Assembly (NCBI GenBank): GCA_963734955.1
Contig: CAVTJO010000011.1
Span: 70,228-134,227, forward strand
Direction of reading: 5' to 3'
From: an uncultured Bacteroidota bacterium
GTDB lineage: Bacteria; Bacteroidota; Ignavibacteria; UBA10030; UBA6906
Length of the DNA stretch: 64,000 nucleotides
The notes under the pieces: generated by a model
Told to the model about the DNA's origin: nothing
The model's database searches: none
Seen by the model: only the letters and a program-made list of their open reading frames with translations
Translations under genes and position numbers: made by a program
Shown here: positions 38,101 through 47,563 of the stretch, piece by piece
How positions within the stretch are numbered: the first letter of the stretch is position 1
Layout of the letters: each line of letters begins with the position of its first letter

Positions 38101-38200
38101 TTGATCGTGTGAAACCGTCACTTCAACAGCAGTAACTTCTTCACGCTCGTGAAGCTGCCAGCATTGAGACGGTAGAAGTACACGCCGCTCGCCTCGTCCT
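38101..38200 (-). pseudogene. orphan 3' fragment of a T9SS CTD-encoding gene
   Basis: The minus-strand translation reads GEASGVYFYRLNAGSFTSVKKLLLLK-stop. It is ~75% nt-identical to the 3' end of the gene at 36686. No body lies upstream. Confidence 0.5.
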
Positions 38201-38621
38201 ACGTGAGCCTCAAAGTGCTCGACATGGAGCCCCTTTGGGATGGCAGAACAACATTCATCCCGGCAGCGTTGACCGACTCAAGGGTTTCAAAGTGCCCACT
38301 GTACGTCCACAGTGCGAGCCGACTTATCCCGAGGCGCGTGCTGGTAGAGCAACAAACCAATTGCCTACTCGGCACCCTGAACAAAACGACAACTCACAGT
38401 CATCCCTTCGGGCAATTTCCGTCAAGTCCCCTCCTACCCAAGCCAAGTGTACGGTGCAACCATATCGAAAACAACACGTATACTGTTCACATATCCCGGG
38501 CACAATCGGGTATATGTTGTTTGGTCACACCACAATCCTCGACCGTCATAGCTACGCACAGCTGTTGGGTTTCGTTGTAGCCGATTGGCTTGCAGGTTCT
38601 TTCACATAATGAGGTCCGTCG

Positions 38622-40634
38622 ATGACCGTTGCGAAGAGAAGAATGGCCTCCACAATCTTCACGGTAGTGTTCAACTTCATTCTGGTTGATGCGGCAGAGC
38701 GCGGTGCACTTCCCACTATCGATGGGAAGATCGAAGAGGGCGAATGGGCAGGGGCAAAGATCCTCACGGATTTCTACACCATTGTCCCGAAGACAGCGGC
38801 GAAGCCCTCTGATAGTACGGTGGTCTACATCAAACAATCTTCGGACGCGTTGTATTTTGCGTTCCGCTTCTTTCCGCTGAGCAAGGTCATCAGACAATCT
38901 CTCATCCGCGATGTCAGCTCCGATGAAGAGAATGAGTTCTTTATACTCCTCGATCTGGAGAACAAGAACGAGAACGGGTACATCTTCATCTTCAACTTCA
39001 TGGGCAACCAACGGGACGCGGCGATCTACAACCAGCGAAACCTTGTGCCGGAATGGGATTGGGTGTGGCAGAGCAAATCCACCGTGTACCGCGATGCCGA
39101 GTATGGGCGACCGGGATACATCGAGACCGAAGTGAGGATTCCCGTCGATAAGATCCAGAACAAGAATCCCCACCAGATCGGGATCGATCTGCAAATGTTT
39201 GCATACAAAGCGGATGGCTCATCGTACTTCTACGCGCTCACTCCTGAAAGCGAAGTCCTCACCATCAAGAGTACCTACAAACTCGATATCGAGCCATTTG
39301 CGGAGAGCTACACTCCGGAAGTGACTGCAATCCCGTTTGTTGTCGGTCAGAAAGTGTCAACCGCATCAACAACTGGCACGGGGGGCGGCGACCTTAACCT
39401 CTCACTTGACCGTCACAAGCTGAAGGCCACATACAGGACCGACGAGTCAACGCTTGAAGCTGACCCATTTCAGTTCTCCCTCTACGGCCAGTCGATCTTC
39501 CTTCAGGAAAAGAGACCGTTCCTGAGCAAGGACCTCGACATCTATCGGACCCCGATTAACCTCGTTTATACACGCGCGATCCAGAACATCCAATGGGGTG
39601 CAAATTACACATTCCGCAGTGATGCCCTCAAGTCAGGTCTGATTGCAGTGGAAGACGAACCCGCGGATGGAGTGAACACGGACAAGCGGCACCTTGTCAT
39701 CGGTCGCTCGAAATGGGAAAATAACGTGGTGAGCTTCGGGACAACATTGTTGTACGGCAACAACGTTTCGACCCGGTCTGTTGAGCGAGTTGCGGGCTTT
39801 GATGCCCTTGTGAACCTGCCTCTGGGACTGCGTCTCTCACCGCAGTGGGCGACAAATACAGTTGGATCCACGTATCAAGTGCAACTCGCGTTGCCTCGTG
39901 ACTGGGCGGGGGGAATGTATGCAAGCACGTTGTACCGTCGCTTTGGCGATGGGTTTAACGTATCGACACTGTTCAATGATTACGGTACCAATTACGATGA
40001 GATCGGATTGGAAGCCGGATACAGAAGTGTGAGCCTGCGGCCGCTCTTTTCCCAAATGGAGTATGTGGCAGACTACTATCGGGCAAGGACTCTCCAAAAT
40101 GGATTTACGTACCAGGAGTATGGCAGTGTGAGCTTCTATACCCTTGCGATCGAGCATCTCAACCTTTCGCATCGGGTGGAGGTGAACCGTCCTGACGAAG
40201 ATACCCCTGCGGGTGTTGTGCGGCGTCATAACTTTTTACAGGATCATAGCGCCAAGGTTGTCCTCGGCCCTCAGGCATTTACTGTCGGGTATAACTTCGG
40301 ACCGTACTTCGGATCATATTTGAAGAGCCCGTACGCTGAAGTGAAAGTCATTTTCTGGGACAGGCTCGCCTGGGATTTCACTCTCAACCGGCGCAGCTAT
40401 GCCGACGTACATCAGACCATTGTGCGGGTCAAGATCGATGTGCGACTGTTGGATCGGCTTTACCTGAGGTCCTTCGCTCAGAAAGATGACTATGCGGGGC
40501 TCGGGCTCTGGAATACTATGCTTCAGTATGAATTCTTTGCCGGCAGCAACATCTACCTTGTGTTGAATCAGGAGGGGGAACATTTCGAGAACAGTGGCAA
40601 GTTCTTTAAGGTTGGGTACGAAGTGAATTTCTAA
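38622..40634 (+). CDS. outer-membrane protein with N-terminal CBM9-like module and DUF5916-like beta-barrel
   Basis: The 670 aa product has an N-terminal hydrophobic signal, alternating beta-strand periodicity and a C-terminal aromatic residue (VGYEVNF). The family assignment is from memory of Bacteroidota DUF5916 proteins. Confidence 0.5.
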   Translation: MTVAKRRMASTIFTVVFNFILVDAAERGALPTIDGKIEEGEWAGAKILTDFYTIVPKTAAKPSDSTVVYIKQSSDALYFAFRFFPLSKVIRQSLIRDVSSDEENEFFILLDLENKNENGYIFIFNFMGNQRDAAIYNQRNLVPEWDWVWQSKSTVYRDAEYGRPGYIETEVRIPVDKIQNKNPHQIGIDLQMFAYKADGSSYFYALTPESEVLTIKSTYKLDIEPFAESYTPEVTAIPFVVGQKVSTASTTGTGGGDLNLSLDRHKLKATYRTDESTLEADPFQFSLYGQSIFLQEKRPFLSKDLDIYRTPINLVYTRAIQNIQWGANYTFRSDALKSGLIAVEDEPADGVNTDKRHLVIGRSKWENNVVSFGTTLLYGNNVSTRSVERVAGFDALVNLPLGLRLSPQWATNTVGSTYQVQLALPRDWAGGMYASTLYRRFGDGFNVSTLFNDYGTNYDEIGLEAGYRSVSLRPLFSQMEYVADYYRARTLQNGFTYQEYGSVSFYTLAIEHLNLSHRVEVNRPDEDTPAGVVRRHNFLQDHSAKVVLGPQAFTVGYNFGPYFGSYLKSPYAEVKVIFWDRLAWDFTLNRRSYADVHQTIVRVKIDVRLLDRLYLRSFAQKDDYAGLGLWNTMLQYEFFAGSNIYLVLNQEGEHFENSGKFFKVGYEVNF

Positions 40635-40882
40635 CACAACCATTCGCAGTCTCTAATTGGCGAGATACGAAAAGCCGCTCCAGCAAGACTGAAATGACAC
40701 CGGGGAAACGGATTCACTTTCCAAGGGAACGCCAAAGCTGTAGTAAGAAGTCCAGCATAAACTCGACGGAAAGGAGACAGCACATGCAGTGTTCGATGAG
40801 CACAGTTTCGCCGGTGACCCGTTCGAGGTCTCCACTTGATCAGCGCCGCGACTCTCCCTTGGGGCGGGGCCCCTTGAAGCAA

Positions 40883-42022
40883 ATGTTCCGTGGTATGGCG
40901 TATCGCGTGCTCTGTCTTCTGCTCATCACTGCGGGGAATTTCTTGGCAACCTCGGAAGCACAAACCAAGCACTACGTCTGTGTCCCCTGCGGCCTGCCGT
41001 GCGACTCGAAAGTATATGACAGGCCCGGAAAGTGTCCGGCGTGCGGGATGGCGCTGGTTGATGAGGAGGAAGCACGGGCAGCAGCCGCATCGGCCGGGTC
41101 GAGAAAGAAAGTCGCCATCCTGATCTTTGACGGCGTGCAGATCATCGACTACACCGGACCGTACGAGGTGTTCGGCTCAGCTAATTTTGACGTGTACACC
41201 GTCGCCGAACAGAAGAAGCCGGTCACCACAGCCATGGGAATGACTGTCGTTCCGAAATATTCCTTTTCCGATGCCCCTCGACCGGACGTACTCGTAGTAC
41301 CCGGAGGGGGAGTGAACGCGGCACAAAGGAACGAGACTATCCTGAAGTGGATAAGGGATGAGACCGCTCACACAGAACATACGATGTCGGTCTGCAATGG
41401 CGCGTTCATTCTGGCAAGCGCTGGTTTGCTTGACGGCCTTAGTGCGACAACCACCAGCGGCAACATCGAGCGGTTGAAGTCGACCTACCCGAAGATTAAC
41501 GTCATTGACGATCAGCGCTTCGTCGATAATGGAAAGATCATTACCACAGGAGGGCTTACTGCGGGCATCGACGGTGCCCTGCATGTTGTCTCCGTGATGA
41601 TGGGTGAAGGATACGCACAGCAGGTCGCTCTGGGGGAGGAGTATGACTGGCATCCCCGAGGGGACTTCGCCCGCCCTGCTCTCGCGGATAGGCTCTACCT
41701 CTCATACGTTGATCCCGCTCTTGATGCCATCGGCAAGTGGAGTGTTGTCAGCACCCAAGGCGGGACTGACCGATGGGAGATCAACGTCCGGGGAACGTCC
41801 ACCATCAGTGCGCCCGAGGTGATGGACCGCCTGAGTCAGGCTTTCACAGACAAGGGACAATGGACCAAAATCACAGACGCCGCACCCGGTTCGTCTCAAA
41901 CGAGTCACTGGAATTTCAGCGGCCGCGATGGCAAACCTTGGACGGGAACCCTGACGGTTCAGCCGGGGACAGGTGACGGTCACGAGCTCACCATAAAGCT
42001 GAGCATTTCGCGTGCAGGGTAA
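40883..42022 (+). CDS. secreted DJ-1/PfpI-family protein with N-terminal CxxC...CPxCGM heavy-metal-binding domain and C-terminal extension
   Basis: The ORF is listed from 40694. The likely start is MFRGMAYRVLCLLLITAGNFLATSEA (signal peptide). The metal-binding motif is HYVCVPCGLPCDSKVYDRPGKCPACGMALV. The DJ-1/PfpI core is ILIFDGVQIIDYTGPYEVF...MSVCNGAFILASAGLLDG. Confidence 0.65.
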   Translation: MFRGMAYRVLCLLLITAGNFLATSEAQTKHYVCVPCGLPCDSKVYDRPGKCPACGMALVDEEEARAAAASAGSRKKVAILIFDGVQIIDYTGPYEVFGSANFDVYTVAEQKKPVTTAMGMTVVPKYSFSDAPRPDVLVVPGGGVNAAQRNETILKWIRDETAHTEHTMSVCNGAFILASAGLLDGLSATTTSGNIERLKSTYPKINVIDDQRFVDNGKIITTGGLTAGIDGALHVVSVMMGEGYAQQVALGEEYDWHPRGDFARPALADRLYLSYVDPALDAIGKWSVVSTQGGTDRWEINVRGTSTISAPEVMDRLSQAFTDKGQWTKITDAAPGSSQTSHWNFSGRDGKPWTGTLTVQPGTGDGHELTIKLSISRAG

Positions 42023-42146
42023 GACAGAAGGAGTAACAGAATCTCATGCGGCTCGCTTCCTCCCGCGTCACGTGTTGTTCAAGAAGGCAGACCGGACTAC
42101 CCAACTGATATTTCAAACAAACAGTAAACCAAGCACGTCACACTTG

Positions 42147-42533
42147 ATGGAAGGGCCATGTATGGCAGCGCAGTACAGCTACGTCACTCGCCTCGATGTG
42201 AAGTTCAAACATTTCGACCTCATTGACATTCCCACAATAGTCGGGGAATGCAAGGATCAGTGGTTCAATCAAACACTGACAAGAGTCAATGACAGCGTCG
42301 TGAGAATTGGAATCGTCCAGGGCGAATATCATTGGCATAAGCATGACAATGACGATGAATTCTTCTTTGTCCTTCAAGGAAAACTGCTCATCGACTTGGA
42401 GGGGAAAACAATCGAGCTGAACCCAAACCAGGGTGTGACAATATCACGAGGGGTTAAGCATCGGCCAAGAGCTCCACAGAAGACCATCATGCTCATGGTG
42501 GAAACCAGCGCGATACAGCCCGCCGGTGATTGA
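42147..42533 (+). CDS. cupin-domain protein
   Basis: The ORF is listed from 42012 with an internal Met start. The cupin motifs are GEYHWHKHDNDDEFFFVLQG and GVKHRP. Confidence 0.55.
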   Translation: MEGPCMAAQYSYVTRLDVKFKHFDLIDIPTIVGECKDQWFNQTLTRVNDSVVRIGIVQGEYHWHKHDNDDEFFFVLQGKLLIDLEGKTIELNPNQGVTISRGVKHRPRAPQKTIMLMVETSAIQPAGD

Positions 42534-42592
42534 TGCGACTCTTGTGATCGATCGAGATGATTCTGACGACTGTGTTTCTCAAGTGATCGTGC

Positions 42593-43126
42593 TTATTTTG
42601 TGTCCTGGGAATTGGAAGCCTCAAGACGATACTCAGGCACTTGTTTCCCGCGCCCACCGGGGCGCTCTGAAATTTCCCCAATCAGTGGCTTCGTCAGTCG
42701 CTCGAAATCCGCAAACTTCATCCGAACTGTTTCGGTGTGCGTGCAGGCGTTGAACGCAATCTCACCACGCTCGGCCAACGATCGATCCACAATGACCGGA
42801 AAGCCATAGAGATTACCGAACGGGGGCATCGAGCCAACCTCGCAGCCAGCGAAGAGGGCCTCAAGGTCCTCTTCCGTTGCGAGGTGGACGTGGTGCACTT
42901 CAAGTACGCTCTTGAGCAGGCGTTCGCTCAGCCGATGATCCGCAGGGAGAACCGCCATCCAAAATTGCTGCCCCGCGCGTACGACAAGTGTCTTAGCCAA
43001 TTCACTATCCGGCACATGGGTTGCCAGCGCCGTGTTGTGCGAAGTGTACGCAGGAATGTGGCTGATAATCTGGTACTCGACATGCCTCTGGTTCAGGTAG
43101 TTCATCACGTCAACGAGCGTTGCCAT
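42593..43126 (-). CDS. YbaK/ProX-family aminoacyl-tRNA deacylase-like protein
   Basis: The fold resembles the YbaK/EbsC editing domain from Met77 (MATLVDVMNYLNQRHVEYQII.H). The listed ORF 42593..43354 has an unsupported N-terminal extension. Confidence 0.5.
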   Translation of the reverse strand: MATLVDVMNYLNQRHVEYQIISHIPAYTSHNTALATHVPDSELAKTLVVRAGQQFWMAVLPADHRLSERLLKSVLEVHHVHLATEEDLEALFAGCEVGSMPPFGNLYGFPVIVDRSLAERGEIAFNACTHTETVRMKFADFERLTKPLIGEISERPGGRGKQVPEYRLEASNSQDTK

Positions 43127-43387
43127 TGTCGTTCTCCTTTGTTGAAAGTCAAAGAATGCCGCTACTCTTTCGTTTCGCGAATGCCATCCTCTTGATGGTT
43201 CCAACAGCATCGCGAAACATGCTGAGAACAGAAACATGATCATGATCGAGCACAAGCCACTTTTTTGTCGTAACGTGCGCAACCCCGGCGTTCTCCCGCA
43301 ATCAAACACTCGTTCGATGTACCCATCCGTCCCGCCTTCCTTTTGAAAGATCACGGGTTAGCGCTAATTGATCCGCCTTAGGTCACG

Positions 43388-43693
43388 CTATTTCTTGAAC
43401 ACGCTGAACAGCTTGTCCAGCGCTGGCTTATCAAGCTTTGCGAGAACATCTATTTCTCCGGCATCAAGCCATACGCCGTCGCATGAGAAGCATTTGTCAA
43501 CGTTGATCCCCCTGTAATCGATCTCCTTCAGTACCATTCCGCATTTCGGACACCGCATATAGTGGAGATCACGGTGCCTTCTCTTTTCTTCTTCAGCGAG
43601 GGTTTTCAGCCGTTCTGTTTCCAGCTTTTTCCTCTTTTCCAATTCCACCCTTGCAAAGTACTCCTCCTCTTTGGGACTGGGTTGCACAGGCAT
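43388..43693 (-). CDS. zinc-ribbon (TFIIB-type zf) domain protein with N-terminal charged coiled-coil
   Basis: The Zn ribbon is CPKCG..x17..CFSCDGVWLDAGE. The N-terminus is rich in E/K/R. Confidence 0.55.
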   Translation of the reverse strand: MPVQPSPKEEEYFARVELEKRKKLETERLKTLAEEEKRRHRDLHYMRCPKCGMVLKEIDYRGINVDKCFSCDGVWLDAGEIDVLAKLDKPALDKLFSVFKK

Positions 43694-43798
43694 AGCCTTA
43701 CCTCCTTACATTTAGTGAACTTTCGTCAAGGTTCTTCGATGGCACCGCATTTCGAGCTGAATCGATCAGTCTCAGCGATCAGATCCAATTGTACCCTC

Positions 43799-44689
43799 CT
43801 ACTTTGTGTCAAGAATTATCGGCAAACCGTCTTTTCCCGCTCCGACGATGACCACTTTGGTGTTGGGTGAGTTTGCAATTTTCTCTGTAGCTTCAATACC
43901 TTTCCAGCGCAGCAATTGTTCGCTGATGCCCGCCGCCACGATCGTCTGGAAGTCAGCGATCCCCTTTGCTTCAATCCGCTTCCTGTCGGCCTCCTGTTTT
44001 TCCTTCGTGAGAATGAACTCCATGCGCTGGCTTTCCTGATCGGCACGCTGCTTCTGTTCTATGGCTTCGGTGAGTTGTGTCGGGAGAGCGACGTTGCGAA
44101 TTGGGGTGCTCTCAATGGTAACACCTCGGGGGGAGACTGTCTTGGCAAGCTCCCCCTGGATCGATGTACCGAGCCGTTCCCGTTCGGTTGAATACAGGGC
44201 GCTCGCCTGGAAACTCGCCGTGACTGCACGGCAGATGGATCGGAATTGCGGGATAAGGATGATGGTTTGGTAGTCGCCCCCGGCAACAGTTTTGTACACG
44301 CGGGCTGCAGAATCGGGGTTGAGTCTGAAGAGAGCACTGACCTCGAGTCCGATGGTGAGCCCTTCGCGCGAGAGCACCTGCATTGCTTCTTTATGTTCCT
44401 GAGTCTGGATGGAATACCTGATTACGTTTGCCAGCGGATTCACCGGATTGATTCCGGCACGCAACGTCTCATCCGAGACAACACCGAAGAAATCGACCAC
44501 GCCAACGTGCCCGGCAGGGATTTGCGTGAAACACTGGAGCACGGCAAGAACTCCAAACACGCCTGCAGCCAGAAGGCTCCCTTTTGCAACGGGGCGGAAT
44601 GCAATGTTATTTTGCCGTACGTGTTTCGTGGCATTTCGCCATACGAAGAATGCCACAATGGTTATGACAGCTGACAAAATAAATAACAT
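43799..44689 (-). CDS. SPFH/band-7 (prohibitin/HflKC-like) membrane protein
   Basis: An N-terminal TM is followed by the SPFH core (VGVVDFFGVV...) and a coiled-coil tail. Confidence 0.7.
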   Translation of the reverse strand: MLFILSAVITIVAFFVWRNATKHVRQNNIAFRPVAKGSLLAAGVFGVLAVLQCFTQIPAGHVGVVDFFGVVSDETLRAGINPVNPLANVIRYSIQTQEHKEAMQVLSREGLTIGLEVSALFRLNPDSAARVYKTVAGGDYQTIILIPQFRSICRAVTASFQASALYSTERERLGTSIQGELAKTVSPRGVTIESTPIRNVALPTQLTEAIEQKQRADQESQRMEFILTKEKQEADRKRIEAKGIADFQTIVAAGISEQLLRWKGIEATEKIANSPNTKVVIVGAGKDGLPIILDTK

Positions 44690-44813
44690 GAGTAACTCCT
44701 TTTCTTAGGAAGTGTGTACGAATGGCTTCTTTGGCGGAGACTGTAAGCCCATCCTGACGTTCAGCCCCTTCATGCAAACCTCCCTGGCGTCCGCATTGCC
44801 TGGTTCTGTGTTA

Positions 44814-45341
44814 TCATTGGTTTGACTTTGACATGTTACCGATTTGGTGAAGAAGGCTTTCCAATGTCTGTTGTGCAACCGGAGGATCGACCCCTATCCA
44901 GTACAGCACGGCGTCGCGAGAGAAGAAATAGTGAATCTGTCCCATGCCAATGCATTCGGATATCGCTTGCCCTGCGACACTTATGTCCTTGATGTCCCGG
45001 AAGACCGGATTTCCTGTCCGGATGCGCTGACCCATCTTCCTGTCGACGTCTGTCGCTTCCGATGCGTTCGCATACACCGAAACATACAGAGTTGCTTGCG
45101 CCCCGTTGTCTTCATAGAACCCGATAAAGCTCTCCAGAGGCGTTACGGCCTTGCCATGCAAATGATCGATCATTCCTTGCGCTGCTTCGCCGCCGAGGTG
45201 TCGGGCGAGCTTCATCTCTCCGAGCTTTACGGGAAGGAAAGGATCTTTGTCGCCCTTTCCCACGTAGAGAAAGAGCACGACAGCCAGAGTACCCAGAATG
45301 GCCACCGCGAATCCCGACACCCATGGACTCAGAGTTTTCAC
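44814..45341 (-). CDS. hypothetical membrane-anchored protein
   Basis: This 175 aa ORF has a single N-terminal TM. I recognise no family. Confidence 0.4.
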   Translation of the reverse strand: MKTLSPWVSGFAVAILGTLAVVLFLYVGKGDKDPFLPVKLGEMKLARHLGGEAAQGMIDHLHGKAVTPLESFIGFYEDNGAQATLYVSVYANASEATDVDRKMGQRIRTGNPVFRDIKDISVAGQAISECIGMGQIHYFFSRDAVLYWIGVDPPVAQQTLESLLHQIGNMSKSNQ

Positions 45342-45355
45342 ATTAGTGACTCCTT

Positions 45356-46060
45356 CTATCCCGGGAGCGCATCATGATCTCTTTCGTTGCCGCACGCCTG
45401 CTGTTGCACTTCCTTGCGTCTCACCATCTCCGCGTCAGTGATAAGAATAACCTCCTCGGCGATGCTCGTGGCAAGATCTGCAATTCGTTCAAGATTCGTG
45501 CTCACGCTAAGCAGATGGGCGGCCCGAAAGAAGTTCTCGGGATGCATTCGAATGATATCGTCGAGGATATCCTGAACCCGATTATGAAGATCATCCATCT
45601 CCTCATCTCTCTGCCTTACTGCCATCGCCATGCTGGAGTCCCGATACACGAAGCTATCAATGGCACCTTGCAGCATTTCCCGCGCAATCTCCGACATGAG
45701 CGGGATGTTGATCAACGGCTTGATGTGCGGCGCGTCAGAAAGCGCAATGGCGGCCTCTGCAATTTTCACTGCGTGATCGGCAATCCTTTCCAGGTCGTTA
45801 TTGACCTTCTGGGCGGTGAGGATAAACCGAAGATCGCCTCCCGTGGGCTGGTGAAGTGCGAGAAAGTTGAAAATATATTGATCGATCTCCACCTCCATCC
45901 CGTCGACCTCGTCGTCCTTCATCACAACGGACTTCGCCCGGTTCACGTTTTGCTCCCTGAGTGCATCGAGCGCTTTCACAACCATCTCTTCCGAAAATGA
46001 TGCCATTTTGAGCAGCAATCGGTTCAGTTCTTCCAGTTGTGGGAAATATGTTATGTTCAT
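45356..46060 (-). CDS. phoU: phosphate signalling complex protein PhoU
   Basis: The 234 aa product has two PhoU repeats, each with the DxxERIAD motif (NDLERIADHAVKIAE, TNLERIADLATSIAE). Confidence 0.8.
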   Translation of the reverse strand: MNITYFPQLEELNRLLLKMASFSEEMVVKALDALREQNVNRAKSVVMKDDEVDGMEVEIDQYIFNFLALHQPTGGDLRFILTAQKVNNDLERIADHAVKIAEAAIALSDAPHIKPLINIPLMSEIAREMLQGAIDSFVYRDSSMAMAVRQRDEEMDDLHNRVQDILDDIIRMHPENFFRAAHLLSVSTNLERIADLATSIAEEVILITDAEMVRRKEVQQQACGNERDHDALPG

Positions 46061-46843
46061 GGTTGTCCCATTTGTCAGATTTGTTCACTCGTCGGGTGCC
46101 ACGTCCTACCCCTTCTCGGACCTTAATCATTGGCCACCGGAGTGTTTTCAAACAATGACGTTATCCTCCGGGGAGTGTCTGCTGCTTGAACCTTCATTTG
46201 TCGGGACCACGAGCGTCATGCCTTCCGCCTATGCGTGATGCATGGAATGACCGTTGACCCAATTCGAAAGAAGCGAACAGAACGATGAAGCGTACTAGGC
46301 CGGAGGTGCCTTGTTGCAGAGCGACGAGAAGTAGAACGAGGAACCGAGGAGGGGTGGACGTAAGCCAACAACAAGGAAGAACTGCGAATCACAGCCGGCG
46401 GATATCACCGCCCACGGATACACGGACGAAGAGTAGAGTTGCTTCACCCGCCAGGTATGGCGCCACTGAGTACAAGATTCCTTGCTGGCATTCTTCGAGT
46501 GGCTGAAGCTTGCACCTATCACCAGCTGTTTCAGCGGCAATTTCACAAGCACCGTCTCGGAGACGCGTGCTGCCCTTGCCCCTGTTACAACGAGTGCTGC
46601 GAGCAGAATCACCGCTATGTTTCTTGCATCCCGAAGCATTTGAGTTTTCTTATGAGTGCTGCTACAGCAATATAGCCACCGAAGTCAGGCGGGGTCAAGC
46701 GAGAGTGATGATCCTGATGACCGGGACCTCAAAGACCCCGCTGGTTCATGTTGCAGAAAAGGCGGAGACACCCGACCGAAAATTCATGGTCTTTCAAAGC
46801 ACGTTCCCCGTTATCTCCGCCATCCTGCCTTGGCACAAACACA

Positions 46844-47470
46844 TCACTGAATCGTAATGAATCGCTCTTTCGGCGTCATGCAGATACCGCAGCGGGCGGC
46901 AGCTTCGGTGTCATAGGTGTTGCCGCATGTTGTGCAAACAAAATACTGTCCGGGCAGCGAATCGACTTTCTTATCGTTCAGCGCAGCGAGGGCCTTGAGA
47001 TAGAGCTCTTTGTGTTTCTGCTCGGTCTTGAATGCGTAATTGAATGAAAGCATGGCCGTGTTGGATTTGCTTGTGCTTGCCAGCTTAATGAACTGCGGGT
47101 ACATCGTTGCAACCTCGTATGACTCACCCTTGATTGCGTCTTCGAGATTCTCCTTTGTGGACTTTACCACAAACGTCGGCGTCACGGTTTCCATTGTCGA
47201 TCCCATTTGGTCGACGACCGCACGATGGTTGCCTGCATGGATCGCTTCTGCCTTCGAAGCAGCCTCGAACAGCAGGGCTATTTTTGTGTAGCCTTCTTCC
47301 TGTGCCTTCTTCGCATAGGCAGCGTACTTGGCACTTGCCGTTGTCTCACCGGTGATTGCGGCCTTCAAATTTTCAATCGTCTTTGTTACGGCGACCTTGT
47401 CGACGGCAAACGCCGATACCGAGGTGAGGACGAATGTTGCTGCAAGCAACAGAATACTGAACTTCTTCAT
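46844..47470 (-). CDS. rubrerythrin-family protein with N-terminal signal peptide
   Basis: The signal peptide is MKKFSILLLAATFVLTSVSAFA. The ferritin-like diiron region (ExxH: EAASKAEAIHAGNH) is followed by a C-terminal rubredoxin-like CTTCG...CGIC. Confidence 0.7.
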   Translation of the reverse strand: MKKFSILLLAATFVLTSVSAFAVDKVAVTKTIENLKAAITGETTASAKYAAYAKKAQEEGYTKIALLFEAASKAEAIHAGNHRAVVDQMGSTMETVTPTFVVKSTKENLEDAIKGESYEVATMYPQFIKLASTSKSNTAMLSFNYAFKTEQKHKELYLKALAALNDKKVDSLPGQYFVCTTCGNTYDTEAAARCGICMTPKERFITIQ

Positions 47471-47563
47471 TGGTGTTCTCCTATTGAGTATGAGTATGGA
47501 ATGTTTAGACAGCGAATACCCTTAATATATGAGAGTGTCGCTAAGGCCCCTCTTAGGATAACC

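Noticed and set aside
38487-39194. 235-aa minus-strand ORF
   Set aside because: It is antisense to the 670-aa outer-membrane barrel gene. It is acidic and low-complexity with no motifs.
45374-46000. 208-aa plus-strand ORF
   Set aside because: It is antisense to phoU, which has both canonical PhoU repeats.
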